From contig NC_043015.1 in the NCBI RefSeq assembly GCF_006345805.1, positions 6,758,001 to 6,822,000 on the forward strand: a stretch of 64,000 bases of DNA, given 5' to 3'. Source of the DNA: Octopus sinensis (lineage: Eukaryota). Of the stretch, positions 1 to 13,718 are shown one piece after another (position 1 is the stretch's first letter; each line of letters starts with the position of its first letter). Made by a program: the position numbers and the translations under genes. Under the pieces are notes generated by a model. The model was given only the letters and a program-made list of their open reading frames with translations. It made no database searches and was not told where the DNA came from.

Positions 1-1416
1 AATGTTTTCATCTCATTTTTTTTCTGTTTCAAGTCTGTAAAGTGCATTCACATCTAAAGATGGCGGTGATGACGATGGTATGTTTCTATAACGGCTTCAC
101 TGAATTTCGTTCACAGATGGAATATCTCCCAGCTTCCTGTTTGGTGTTACTGTACTCGTAATTTTACTATTTAGTAATGTTTTGTAATTCGAAGCGAATT
201 TCAAATGTGATTAAAACTATGCTACTTCTGTGACAAACAATTACCCGAGATTCAATCCTAATTAGGTAATTAAATAATCTCTTGATGTTGTACGTTTTTC
301 AATAGCTGTATACCTAGTGAATCACAGTTAAAAATAAATCTAATCAATATGACTGTCTCTCAATATCTACTATACATGATCCTAACATTGTCGTTGTACC
401 ATATGTTGTAGTTTATTAGATAATGTGAATGTCAATGCCTGATGCTAACTTCTTTCCCAAGCCTTGTTGTTGTTAACAGAAAATTAACAGAATATTCTCG
501 CAACGGAAATTGGAGGAAATCTCAAACAGTCTCTGGTGACTCCATTTTTTTTTCCTTCTTTGTCATCTCTCTTCTACATCACTAATAATTTGACAAGACT
601 GTGTTTCTAACTCCCCTTAAGACAAGTCGAAATATTTAGAATCGAAGAAAGAGAGTGGTTATTATTAGATGTGCAATCAATAAATTATTTAATGAATATT
701 AAGTGCGATTATTAAATTAACACATGATTAAAAATTAAAAAGTTTATGTTGGCCATTACCTCTTAATTAAGAATGTCTTTTAAGGTTTACATCAAACCAA
801 TCACAAAATCGATAGCGGTAAAACTTTTACTAGTTTTAATATAATAACTTTCAACCAATGTTTCCGATGTTTGTTTTTATTGGAAAGGTTCTTCTTTTAT
901 TCGATTATTATTTTATTTAAATTACATTTTTTAAGGAAATTTTCATTTCCTTTACTCAATCTTTCCACGATAAATTAAACTACTACAAGATGCAATAATC
1001 AAATTAAATTCTATGTGCTTTAATTGCAAAATGAAGGTGGACATTAGATTTTCAAGCAAGTTATGATATTCTATCATAATATGCATAGCTAATGTCACTT
1101 TGTTCAATTTAAGTGTGGTTCGATATTGGTTTCACTTCAAAAATACTGCTTCTCAGTATTACGAAATTCTTGAGAGTGCAGCACCACCAACCATTCTAAG
1201 AATATTCATTTTGTGTTAAAACATTTGCACAGAGCCTCGAAATTAATAACGATTATCCTATATATGTTTTGTGTACAATAATTCTTGTGTTTGAATCCCG
1301 CTATAATCCCTATTTCAAAGCTCTGATATTGTTGAATAGTAGTTTCTCATTTTGGAACAAGGCTAACAATTTATGGGATAATTACATTGATTCCCTGTGT
1401 TCAAACCATACTGAAG

Positions 1417-1580
1417 TTATCGACCCTGAAAGGAAGGAAGGCAAATTCGACCTCAATGGAATTTGAACCCAGGGCATAAATACGGGTGGAATATCTATGC
1501 ATATGAACCCAGGGCATAAATACGGGTGGAATATCTATGCATTCTGCCTTGTATGCTAACGATTTTGCCAGCTCGCCGCC
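1417..1580 (-). mobile_element. tRNA-head SINE, family A (diverged; internal 40-bp tandem duplication)
   Basis: Reverse complement begins GGCGGCGAGCTGGCAAAATCGTTAGC, has B-box-like GGGTTCAAATTCC and the central GTCGAATTTGCCTTCCTTCCTTTCAGGGTCGAT motif shared with the copies at 16063-16293 and 44820-45045. Confidence 0.85.
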
Positions 1581-3152
1581 CTTATATCATTGAATATTAA
1601 ATGTAGCACTTCAGCATAAATTTGTCTCTGAGTTTTCTGATTTAAAATACATTCTTGATTTAATCATTTGTTTACAAAACGTATATACAACACACTTGGT
1701 ATATTATGAATTATTTCATTTAGAAATTTACTACTAAATGAACAATTTACAGTACTTGATGCAGATTAATATGAGGATCTGTTTTCGAAAGTAATCTATT
1801 CAAGTAATGTCATGTGCACACTTCGCGATCAGTGTTTTTTAATCGGTTGATTTGACACCATATTTGAAGTAATCTTCTCTCAGTAACACAGCACATGACA
1901 AGAAAACTATATGATGCAACAACAAAATAAATAAAGTACTGATTAGATACACTTCGTATAAAATTAATGTTCCTCTACAGTTCTATTTCATTTCTATATA
2001 GAAGACAGTTATCAAGGCTATGGAGTCCTTCTACATTTCATGCGACACTTTTGCATAACTAAGAATATATAGGAATTACGATTTGCCCTTGCCTGAATTT
2101 AGTCTGCCTATAAAACCTATTTGTCTTTTGACTTATATATATATATATATTTTTTATGGAGATTCTCTTACTGTTTTATTTTTTTAAAACAGAACTGAGT
2201 ATAAACCGAGTAACTTCATGATCGGAAACATTCCGCCTCTAATCAAAGATATGGTAAGAAATTGTAATGGAGCCAAGCAAATAACAAAAGTCGTGTAAAC
2301 AAGGATTTACTAATGTGGTCACTTACCTAGCAGTAATATCTTTGGGGAAAGAAAACTCGTTGTTTTTAATAAAGAAACAATGCACAATTATGTACTCCTG
2401 ACTAAGCTATGCAATATGTCGAAAATTCAAGGTTGTAGTTTATATTATGAATATAATATAATTGCAATTTGTAGCAGACTGATCGACGCCACATTAGCAG
2501 AGTCTCTTTCAAATATTTTGAAGTTTTGAATAAACACACCGTATTTTAAAGAACATACACATTTTGTGGTCATATTATAAATACAATTTTTCCATTGGTC
2601 TTTTATTTTTCCTTTATTTATTTCTTTGTCATAAAGAAGTATTATACTAAAAAAATCAATTTTCATGTCAAATTTATTGGAATCTGAAGATTTCATCTAC
2701 CGTGTTTTTTATGGTTCATATCCTCTCATATCCTATTTTCAAACTCCTTAAACAGATTTCAAATCAACTATCGTGACTGAAGTGTCAGATGTTGGTTCTG
2801 ATTAGTCATGTCTCAAAGCACCCCCTTTTTTTAATGTTTATTGTTTCTTTTAATCCAAATAAATGAATGGCGAGAGAGATAGAATGACAGATAATGTGAG
2901 AGAAGAAAAAAAACAGTAGAATCATGTGACAACAACAGTAGAATCATGCGAAGCGATAGAGAGATACTAGTGAAGAGGAGAGAAAGAGTGAAAATAGTGA
3001 GATATACTCTGATACATGAGACAGAATGTCAGAATGAGATTGAGGCAAAAAAACAGAAACTGAAGAATACGTTTAGAAGGATGAAGGTGCTTAGAAGATT
3101 GAGTTCCAAAGAGAAAGACAGAAAGAAAGAAAGAAAGGAAGACAGAAAGAAA

Positions 3153-3158
<6 letters not shown>

Positions 3159-3193
<35 letters not shown>

Positions 3194-3292
3194 CAGACGT
3201 CGAAATGTATCAAAATAGAGAGAATAATAACAAAAACAGAGATGGAGGAGACTGGGAAAGAGAAAGCGGGGATAAGATAGGAAGGGATAGGG

Positions 3293-3339
<47 letters not shown>

Positions 3340-3457
3340 ATATGTATGTATGTATGTAAGTGTATATATGTATATATATGTATGTAAGTGTATATATATA
3401 TATATATATGTATGTAAGTGTATATATGTATATATATATATGTATGTATGTATAAAT

Positions 3458-3497
<40 letters not shown>

Positions 3498-3607
3498 TTA
3501 TATATATATATACACGCACACACACACACATATATATATATATGTATGTATCTATGTATGCATGTAAGTGTATATATGTGTATATATATATATATGCATG
3601 TATGTAA

Positions 3608-3642
<35 letters not shown>

Positions 3643-3790
3643 TGTATGTAAGTGTATATATATATATTATATATATATATATATAATATATATATATATG
3701 TATATATATATATACGCACATATACATATATGTGTGTGTGCGTGTATACAAATATATGAACATGCATACATGTACATGTGTGTGTTTGTA
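3159..3790. repeat. (GA)n tract followed by compound (TA)n/(TATG)n/(CA)n microsatellite
   Basis: Read directly; recurring TGTATGTAAGTGTATATAT sub-units in 3340-3660. Confidence 0.95.
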
Positions 3791-4459
3791 TGTGAAATGG
3801 AAAGTCATAGTGAGAGAGTGAAGAAGAGTGTTCTTACGCCAGATACTAAGAGACCGAGAGTGTTAAGCCAGATACTGAAAACGGAGAATCATTCACACAG
3901 TGGAAAACTGCAGGTTTCATTTCATATGATATAATTTTCTTTCTAAAACACTCTTCACAAAGACATGCGTGCCACAGTTACCTATTCATCAATTAATTAA
4001 ATTTCCTTCTTACAAAATACTATTATGAGTTTTTTATATTATATAATTAGTAGATAATATAATTAATGTAGCACGAGTATAGCTCACTTATGAACAGATA
4101 TTTAGGCTAAAATAATGCACTAAGACAGCTTAGTGTGTATTTTAATGATTTCACTCGTGTGAGATTCCTAAGAAACCGTCATCTGTCTTCGTCGTATCTT
4201 TATGGTCTATGGTTTCTCGTATTATCATATATCAACTTGCAACCAGGCTTTGTTTGGTTTCTGCAGCTGAAGAGAATATAACTACTCCGAAATTTATGAT
4301 CCCAACAGGTTAAATAGGTGGCGCTGCGAGATTTCGTTATTTAAAGTACTTTTTCAAAAGCGAGAAATTTTCTCCGTGACAAAACACAGTGACCGGCTTT
4401 CTTACTTGTTCGAATACGCCTCAAGCAAGTGTGTATTCTTAAGAAAAGTATGAAGATTA

Positions 4460-4764
4460 TTTTATTTTGTTCCTTCTCGAGCCATGGCTGGCTCATAAGG
4501 GCCGGTTCCCCTGTTTCCTTGGCGTATAGTTTCCCCACTTGGCGGGACGCCGGTCCGTCGCAGGTGAGCTGCAAGATGCAGGAGGAAAGAGTGAGAGAAA
4601 GTTGTGGCGAAAGAGTCAGCAGAATTTTGCCATTACCTTCTGCCGGAGCCGCATGGAGCTTAGGTGTTTCGCTCATAAACTCACACATCGCCCGGTCTGA
4701 GATTCGAACCCACAATCCCTCGACCGCGAGTTCTCTGCTCTAACCACTACGCCATGTGCCTCCA
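4460..4764 (-). mobile_element. tRNA-head SINE, family B, full length
   Basis: Reverse complement: GGAGGCACATGGCGTAGTGGTTAG (A box), GGGTTCGAATCTC (B box), body similar to 17947-18268, A-rich tail; imperfect target-site duplication TATGAAGATTA (4449-4459) / TATGAAGAATTA (4766-4777). Confidence 0.9.
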
Positions 4765-5258
4765 CTATGAAGATTATTGCCCAGTCCTCTCTGATAATGT
4801 GTTTTGTCAACATAAGAGAGATCGGCGAATATCATTACTGGAAGACATGTTGTCGAATATCCCCATATACAATTAAAATGATCTCGCATATTGTTTAAAG
4901 TACAAACACATTATTTCTTGCCATAGAAATAAACATTAAATTATTGAATTATAATCTCACCCTATACGCTGCAAACAATCCAACATGATCGCTATAATTG
5001 TATGAAGTGACTGGTGGTTTTTTTTTTCAGATTACACCCTATTGTTTTAAAAATGCTTCATTGGATAATGCTGTCGGTATTACATGCTTCTAAATCAATG
5101 AAACTCGCTGGCTTGAATGACCTTAACTATACATTTCTTAAAGTAGAATGTAACAGTAACAATAATGGGAAATGAACTAATTAATATACTTCAAAGAAAT
5201 ACCATATTCCCGATTTAAAAAAAAACAACCATGCAAGAATTATTATATTTATTTGTAA

Positions 5259-5410
5259 GGCGGTGAGCTGGCAGACATGTTGACATGCCGGAAAAAATGC
5301 TTAAGGATTTAAGTTCAAAAATTATTGTAAATAGATTTGCTTTTCATCTTTTCGGAGTCGATCAAATAAGTAACACTTGAGTACTGGGATCGATGAAACC
5401 GACAAATCCT
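5259..5410 (+). mobile_element. SINE family A, old diverged copy
   Basis: GGCGGTGAGCTGGCAG head and GATTTGCTTTTCATCTTTTCGGAGTCGATCAAATAAGTA core matching family A. Confidence 0.75.
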
Positions 5411-5984
5411 CTCTTGGCGCCGATGTTTGAAAGAATTACATCTAATAGTAGATTATTACTTTAGATAATGTAACACAAATTTAAGCACAAGTTTGAAGGC
5501 CGCATAGAAGTAATCAACAAATTGCTTATAATATCTGACAATAATCTTTACTGATTCCGAAGAGAAAAATAAATTTAGTTGATTCGAAGAGGATGAGATT
5601 GTTAAACAAACATGAATCCAACATTATTTGGAAGACATTTCAGCCGTTATTTTATTGGTTCGTTCACTTTACCACAATTATAATTACTTACAATCAGTAT
5701 ACAATACATACATACATCATATGTATGTGTGTGTATCTGTCTGGGCTACGTTTTTGATTTCATTTTACTTCATCGTACCGTTCTTAAAAATTAATATCAT
5801 AATTCTCACAAGTCACATCAAAATATTCATTGACGTCAGTCGGAACCATGTAAAATTATAAGAAAAAAAAAACGAAACAGGAAACAAAAGCAAGATTCCA
5901 CTACAACCAGATTTTCTATAAATCCAGTCGGACAGATGTATTGTATTTTTCTTCCTCTGTTTGTTACTCGTATTTGTCTCTATA

Positions 5985-6016
5985 TACGTACGTATGCATG
6001 TAGGTACGTACGTATC

Positions 6017-6068
<52 letters not shown>

Positions 6069-6300
6069 TGTTCATATTTATATATGTACGTACGTATCTA
6101 TGTATGTATATATGTCTGTATATATTTATATAAGTACGTACGTATCTATGTATGTATATATGTCTGTACATATTTATATATGTACGTACTTTTCTATGTA
6201 TGTATATATGTATGCATGTATATATGTTTGTTCATATGAACACACACACAGTGGCGCACACGCACTCAGACGCATACATAAATATATACATATACTTATT
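5985..6300. repeat. (TA)n/(TATG)n microsatellite with about three 46-bp higher-order units
   Basis: GTACGTACGTATCTATGTATGTATATATGTCTGTA repeated around 6086, 6135 and (degenerate) 6182. Confidence 0.9.
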
Positions 6301-6714
6301 TTTCTTCTTTCCACTTAGAATACTAGTGAAGCAACGTCTACTGTGTACACAGTAATTCTTACAACAAATGTAACACTAGATATGTTTCCTTAAGATGAAA
6401 TACATTCAGGTTCGACTATAACTTGACCATCGATTTTCAGTGGCCTCACTTTTCTAGCTTGTTTCAAACACATTAACTTCCAAAGAAGTTTTTTTCTTCT
6501 TTTTATGAGACAGTTGTAAATGTTTTTTTTTCTACTTTTTTTACGGGAAGAGGCACAATCTCTGCACACCGATTCTTTTGTTAGTACATATAAAATTACA
6601 CACACTAACACACACAAATAAACGCGCACGCCCCCACACACACGTACACACAAACATACATATATATACGCACATATAAAACATACATAATACTTATATT
6701 CATATATTTCTGTC

Positions 6715-6719
6715 AATCC

Positions 6720-6784
<65 letters not shown>

Positions 6785-6935
6785 CGCATGAGTATTACAC
6801 ACACACACATATAAATAAACATATATATACATATATACATATATATATATATATACAAATATACATATATATATATAATATATATATATATATATACATA
6901 TATATACATATATATATATATATATACATAATATA
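6715..6935. repeat. (TA)n/(TACA)n microsatellite
   Basis: Read directly. Confidence 0.95.
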
Positions 6936-7374
6936 TACTTATATATTCTGGGTGTATATGTGCCTTGTTTTTTATGTATCAGTTTGTTTTCGCGCGAGTA
7001 CTATAATGCTTTCTATTATATGAAAGTAGAGGATAGCCATTAGGCTGATAGCTATACAATATATCCACAATTTCCTTTTGATCAGATCAGTCAAAGTGTT
7101 GGAGAATGTATATTTTTAGATGTCTTTTATTCTGTTTTCCATTTCGTTGCCAAGATTTTTCTTTTTAAAAGTCAGAACTAATATGAAAGTAGATTGCGTA
7201 GAAGTAAGACTGGTTTCGTTTATGTATATTTATGTATCAATTTAGAGCTTGCTTCTGTTTTATGACCATATTTTTTGTGGTCTTTAAGAGTCTGCTATTG
7301 AAGAACGAAGACAATGGCACTTGATGGATGTAAAGTATATTTGTAATAACAAATGTAAAACGAATATATTGATA

Positions 7375-7395
7375 TCTATATATGTATCTTTGTGT

Positions 7396-7438
<43 letters not shown>

Positions 7439-8213
7439 TATATATATATATACGTATATATATACATACATATATATATACATATATATATACATACATA
7501 TATATACATATATATAGAGATACATATATATACATATATATATATATATAGAGAGAGAGATACATATATATACATATATATATATATATATACATATATA
7601 TGTATACGTATATATATACATACATATATATATACATATATATAGAGATACATATATATATACATATATATAGAGATACATATATATACATATATATATA
7701 TTACATACATATATATATACATATATACAGATATACATATATATACATATATACATACATATATTACATATATATATATATATACAGAGATACATTATAT
7801 ATACATATATACATACATATATATACATATATATATATAACATACATATATATACATATATTATACATACATATATAATATATATATACATAATATATAT
7901 ATATATATAGATACATATATATACATATATATATACATACATTATATACATATATATATACATACATATATATACATATATATATATACATACATATAAT
8001 ATATATATACATACATATATATACATAATATATATATATATAGATACATATATATATATATAATACATATATATATTATACATATATATATATATATATA
8101 CTACATATATATATATATACATACATATATATTATATATATACATATATTATATATATACATACATATATAATATATATATATAATACATACATATATAT
8201 AATATATATATAT

Positions 8214-8244
<31 letters not shown>

Positions 8245-8449
8245 CATACATATATATATATATACATAGATATATATATATACATACATATACATACATA
8301 TATATACATATATTATATATATATATATACATTATATACATATATATATCATATATATATATATATACATACATATACATACATATATATACATATATAT
8401 ATCATACATATATATACTATATATATACATACATATATATATATACATA

Positions 8450-8503
<54 letters not shown>

Positions 8504-8677
8504 CATATATATATATACAATATATATATATATGTATACATATATATATATTATATACGTATATATATGTATATATATTATGTATATATATATATATGTA
8601 TGTATATATCTATATATGTATATATATATATATATTGTATATATATATATATGTATGTATATATATCTATATGTATG

Positions 8678-8727
<50 letters not shown>

Positions 8728-8885
8728 ATGTATGTATATATATATATATATGTTTGTATATGCATATATATGTATATATACACATATATGGAGATCTCCC
8801 TCTCTCTCTCTCTGTCATTCTCGGTCTATATATACAGATATACATATACATATACAATTATATGTGCGTGTGTATATATATAAAC
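7375..8885. repeat. ~1.5-kb interrupted (TA)n array
   Basis: TA dinucleotides interrupted by C (7400-8520) and then by G (8530-8760). Confidence 0.97.
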
Positions 8886-9729
8886 CTACATATGTTTCCC
8901 TGTCTGAGATATATTTCTCATTTTCTTTCTAACATATCTTTTCTGGTTTTTTTTTCCGCTTGCTGTCATTGACTCTTTTTATGTGCTCGTGTAAGTTGTT
9001 CGTACGCATATAGGAATGAATATTTATACATACATATATATATGAGTATATGTGTATATATATATATATATACACATACATACATTATGCTCATGTGTCA
9101 ATGTTTCTATGTGTAACTAAAAACGATTTTGAACAGATGAGGTATGAAAATCAGTTATATTTGTTCCTGTAACGTGACGACATTTACCATCAGCCAAGCA
9201 CATTGGTGCTGGAATCTGTTGTTATAAGGAGATTGAGATATTAATGCTGCTTAGCCACATGAACCAGCTGCGTTTGATACGAGGATTGAATTTTTAATAC
9301 ACCAATATAATAAACAAATGAGCGAAAGGTGAACTTGAATGCAACCGACAAATGTTATTTGAAGACTGGGCGACATTGGCAGAGATTGTGATACAAAATG
9401 GAGGTCCATATCTTACAATAATAGAGAGTTTACTCATCGTTGGGGGTGAACACATAAAACGGGTTGAATGATTCTAGGGACATCCTAAACAATTTGACAT
9501 TTTTTTATGTTGCTCTCATAAAAAATAAATATAATACTAGCTGTTTACTAAATTACACTTGCCGTATGCTTCCAAGTCCCACAGAGCAATTTAAAGTCCA
9601 ACTGAAAACAATTTAACACTTCCAACTGATGACCACAAAAGTAACGAAGTCACAACATTTTCAACAGTAAATAATTAACGCTTGAAACACCGTAACATAA
9701 AATCTATGCTTCTACACAATTATACATTA

Positions 9730-10113
9730 CTAGCAGTATCGCCCGGCGTTGCTCAGGTTTGTAAGGGAAATAACTATAAAGCATTTTTAGAGAGTTATAG
9801 CCAAAAAATAGCAAAAAAATGGAAAAAATGATGGTAAATTTTTTTTTGAGATTTAAAAAAGGTAGAGTTGCGTCCCCTAGACAGTTTGTGGTTCGTATTC
9901 CTGATTCTCGACCCCATGTCGAATTTATCGATTTTTTTCAGAACTGGGGGAACTTTTCAAAATTTTCGCTGCGTTAGTTTTGAATTATGACATTGGGCTA
10001 TGTGTGTGTCAAGTTTCATCAGAATCGGTTGAAAGCCGTGGTCAGGGTGAGGGTACAAGCAAACAGACACACAGAAACACGCACAGACAAACTGCCGTTT
10101 ATATAGAGAGAGA
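9730..10113 (-). mobile_element. Non-autonomous Helitron-type element (copy 1)
   Basis: On the minus strand: A|TC start, CTAG|T end, GC-rich CCTGAGCAACGCCGGGCG hairpin just before CTAG. Near-identical to 13342-13718. Confidence 0.85.
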
Positions 10114-10829
10114 TTACATTCAAACTGCGTATCTTGTCTGACAAGCAAATTCATTATTCTATTAATGTTACTCAAATTTCTTAATATTTTCACGTAATCT
10201 TCCCGACAAATATGTTATATGTAAAAGTTAGCAGTTTGTAAGAGACGCAATGCAGCAAATTACGTCCCTTCTGTCTTCTAACAACTCTATTTTCTATACT
10301 CTCTTCATTTCTCAATATTTGTAGATTTTTCCAGTTTTTATATATGTATGAATGCATGTATGTATATATGGTTGCATGTACGTACGTAATTTTGTGTTTG
10401 TGTGTTTGTGTATATATATATACGTGAATGTGTGTACATGTGTTTATGAGTGTATATGAGTGTGTGATCGTGCATTTATCAATTTATACGTATGATTTAT
10501 GCATACATTTCTATATATGTGTATCAATGCATACATAAAAATCCAATGCAGATATTCATTGTTTAAAGTATAAGAAACTTACAAAAGCTGTAACTTTCTG
10601 TTTCCAAATAGCAATTTCTGCAGACATTGACACTGTTGACATGCCAAAAGACGTTGGTGCATAAAATAACCAAACAAACGATGTAAGCATAGAGTAACAC
10701 TTGCACCTCCTTAGATTATAATGATAACGCTCGTTCAACCCAAGTACCAATCTCTGAGATTCCCTGATTATTCACGAACATACCTCTACTCTATTCTGAG
10801 AACAGCTATGAGTACCTCACTCTCAGTGA

Positions 10830-10980
10830 TTTTACTGCACCCTGACAGGTGCCATTAATCTTTGACCAGAATATATCTCTGAACTATAGTAGCCAAGAGG
10901 TTATTCCACATTCCTCAAAACACTGGAAGTACTGAAATGCACCACGGCCGGATGAGGTTTAAGGCCATACTCAGGGTATG
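10830..10980 (-). mobile_element. Diverged fragment of an interspersed retroposon-derived repeat
   Basis: Reverse complement CTGAGTATGGCCTTAAACCTCATCCGG...GAGGAATGTGGAATAACC resembles a common octopus repeat as I recall it; no second copy in the window. Confidence 0.4.
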
Positions 10981-10996
10981 CACACACACATGTCAT

Positions 10997-11189
10997 GATA
11001 GATCGTTAGCCACTACACACATTTTTTCTCTCCTTGTTTCTCTCTCTGTTTTTTCTGTGTCCCTTACTGTAGAAGAGCGTAGGTTCGAAACGTAAAATAC
11101 TTTTTCTATTCCTGAGCGTTATACTAATACATCTGTTTGTTTTGTACACCACCTGTCTTCGTCTTTTGTCTTTTTTCGTAAACTCCCCC

Positions 11190-11190
<1 letters not shown>
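10997..11190 (+). mobile_element. Penelope-like/retrozyme-like short repeat with a degenerate hammerhead-like motif (11067-11096)
   Basis: Aligns by eye with 61317-61532 (GATAGATCG...TTTTTTCTC...GAAGAGCGTAGG.TCGAAACGTAAAA...CTGAGCG..ATACTAATACA...CCACCTG.CTTCGTCTTTTG); ends at a (TA)n tract. Confidence 0.75.
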
Positions 11191-11228
<38 letters not shown>

Positions 11229-11553
11229 GCATATACATATATACACACACATATATATATGCATATATATATATATAGGTACATTAAAAGGATTCCAATA
11301 AAGAAGCAAGTGCTAGATACACAAAGAGGGGATAAATTCATGAAATGGAAAAAAAAAATATTTAAAAAATTTTCTTTTTTAATTTTCTTTCCATTTCATG
11401 AATTTATCCCCTGTTTGTGTATCTAGCAGTTGCTTCTTTATTGGAAGCCTTTTAATGTACTTATATATGAATAACGTATAGTCTAATGACTAATTCGTCT
11501 TTTGTGCTAGGTCGCTGGTAATAATAATTAAATTTATTACCCTTTTTACTATG

Positions 11554-11584
<31 letters not shown>

Positions 11585-13029
11585 GTGGCTTATTCGAAAT
11601 TAGAAGGTAGACGACCAAAAACTAAATATTGAAGACGATTTCACAACGCTGTGATAACTTCTACGAGTTATTTCTTAAATAATCCTCATAATTATTTCTT
11701 ATATGTATGTCGTTTTTAATTATTTTCATATTTTTATTGTGTATTACATTTTTCTATATCACGATCCGATTACATGCATTAAAGAATTTACTCGTGTTTA
11801 TTTATATTCCTATATCAGAGGAAATTCCGAAACATATCAATATAATCTTTACTCAAAGATCGTCGATAAACTAGCCGTTAGTTTAGTATTACATAGAAGA
11901 TAGACAATAGTCTATCTTCTATCCACCTACAACACACGTTAATACAATACTGACATTCATTTCTACTCGCAGTCATTATGTTATACCAGATATATTTTAG
12001 TTATAGTAACATAAACACAGAGCATAAAATCTCACGAATTACAACTAAGATATTGTCTATTAACAACTGTGCAGTGTCAAGAATCTTAACTATTCATAGC
12101 TGATAAGATAAACAATACCTCATCACTTATGAGGGATTATGTGTCTCCCTTAAAACACTGTACATTGTTTTTTTTTACCTCACAACTAAATTAACAGTAT
12201 AATTGACGGCTGTATTTACTTATTTATATTTCGGTTGATTCGGGTTAAGTCCCCTGTTTGTTATTGTTTCAGATAATATTAGTAACGTTAAGTATGATAA
12301 AGGTGTTATTGATGTTGCTTTCTTGTATAGTGTGTTCTTTGCAGTTCTCAATGTTATTGTAAATTTAATTTCTTTTCCTTCGTATTTCCTTGCTTATGTC
12401 AAATCGGTTGCTGGTTTCATTTCCCCGGCAACGACGACAACAACAAGACCAAACAACAGCAACGACGACTATAACAACAACAACAACACCATCAACAATA
12501 CTACCGGCAGTAAGAGCAAAATAAATGGTAACAGCAGTAGCGGCGGAATTAGCAGTAGAAGCATCTAACATTATGCAGTGATGAATCACACTCGTTCTTG
12601 TTGGCAATTTGCCTCCAAGAAAATACGCTTGTTGAAGTGAAACTGGGGAAAGATATATTCCGATTCTGTCGCGGAATATAGACATTTCCTTGGAGCAAGC
12701 CAAACATTTATTGAACTCTTCAAAACAGAAAACGTCAAACCTGACAGAGTGAATCATTGAAAGAGAAGATTATGATGATAGATATGACACTGAATAAATA
12801 ACACAAAATGTTTCTGCTTGCATCTTCTCTTTATCTGTTCCTTTTTGCTTGTCTCAGATTGTTTTTGTCAGTATTCTTTCCTTTCTATTCGTATAAATAT
12901 ACATATAGTGTGTATGTGTGTGCGTGCGTGCATGTGTATGTGTGTGTTCTTGTATTCCATACATACACTCACAAACATATGTGTGTGTATATCTATCTAT
13001 CTTTGTGACGAAGATAAAGACGTCGAAGG

Positions 13030-13074
<45 letters not shown>

Positions 13075-13099
13075 CGATGATCATGTTGCTGATGATGAT
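13030..13099. repeat. (GAT)n microsatellite
   Basis: About 20 GAT units. Confidence 0.97.
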
Positions 13100-13341
13100 G
13101 AAAGAAGAGAGAAGCTGCATAAAAAATCTATGTAAGTTTTTTTTTTTTAATTTGAAAATGTAAATATAACGGAAACTAGTAAGTCTTCGAATATGACGAG
13201 AAAGCATGTGATATCAAAGGAAAAAAGTAATACTTTGAGTATGGATAAAAAACGTATTTGAATAAAAAAAAGTCTTAAGAACTACGAAATGCAGGTGTGT
13301 GAGGTGGTAAAACGTATTACGGCAGGAAAGACAGGAAAGAA

Positions 13342-13718
13342 TCTCTCTATATATAACGGCAGTTTGTCTGTGCGTGTTTCTGTGTGTCTGTTTGCTTGAA
13401 CCCTCACCCTGACCACGGCTTTCAACCGATTCTGATGAAACTTGACACACACATAGCCCAATGTCATAATTCAAAACTAACGCAGCCAAAATTTTGAAAA
13501 GTTTCCCCAGTTCTGAAAAAAATCGATAAATTCGACATGGGGTCGAGAATCAGAAACACAAACTGTCTAGGGGACGCAACTCCATCCTTTTTTAACTCTC
13601 AAAAAAAAATTTACCATCATTTCTTTCCATTTTTTGCTATTTTTTGGCTATAACTCTCTAAAAATGCTTTATAGTTATTTCCCTTACAAACCTGAGCAAC
13701 GCCGGGCGATACTGCTAG
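13342..13718 (+). mobile_element. Non-autonomous Helitron-type element (copy 2)
   Basis: A13341|TC...CCTGAGCAACGCCGGGCGATACTGCTAG|T13719: canonical Helitron A/T insertion site, 5'-TC, 3' hairpin plus CTAG. Inverted copy of 9730-10113. Confidence 0.88.

Noticed and set aside
6339-6354. 16-bp perfect palindrome TACTGTGTACACAGTA
   Set aside because: Too short to distinguish from chance or a transposon footprint in 64 kb of AT-rich DNA.
3029-8972. Long Y/I/M/C/V/H-rich ORFs (also at 31519-33473, 55159-55805, 59807-60556)
   Set aside because: Translations of (TA)n/(TG)n/(CA)n tracts, which lack stop codons in most frames; not genes.
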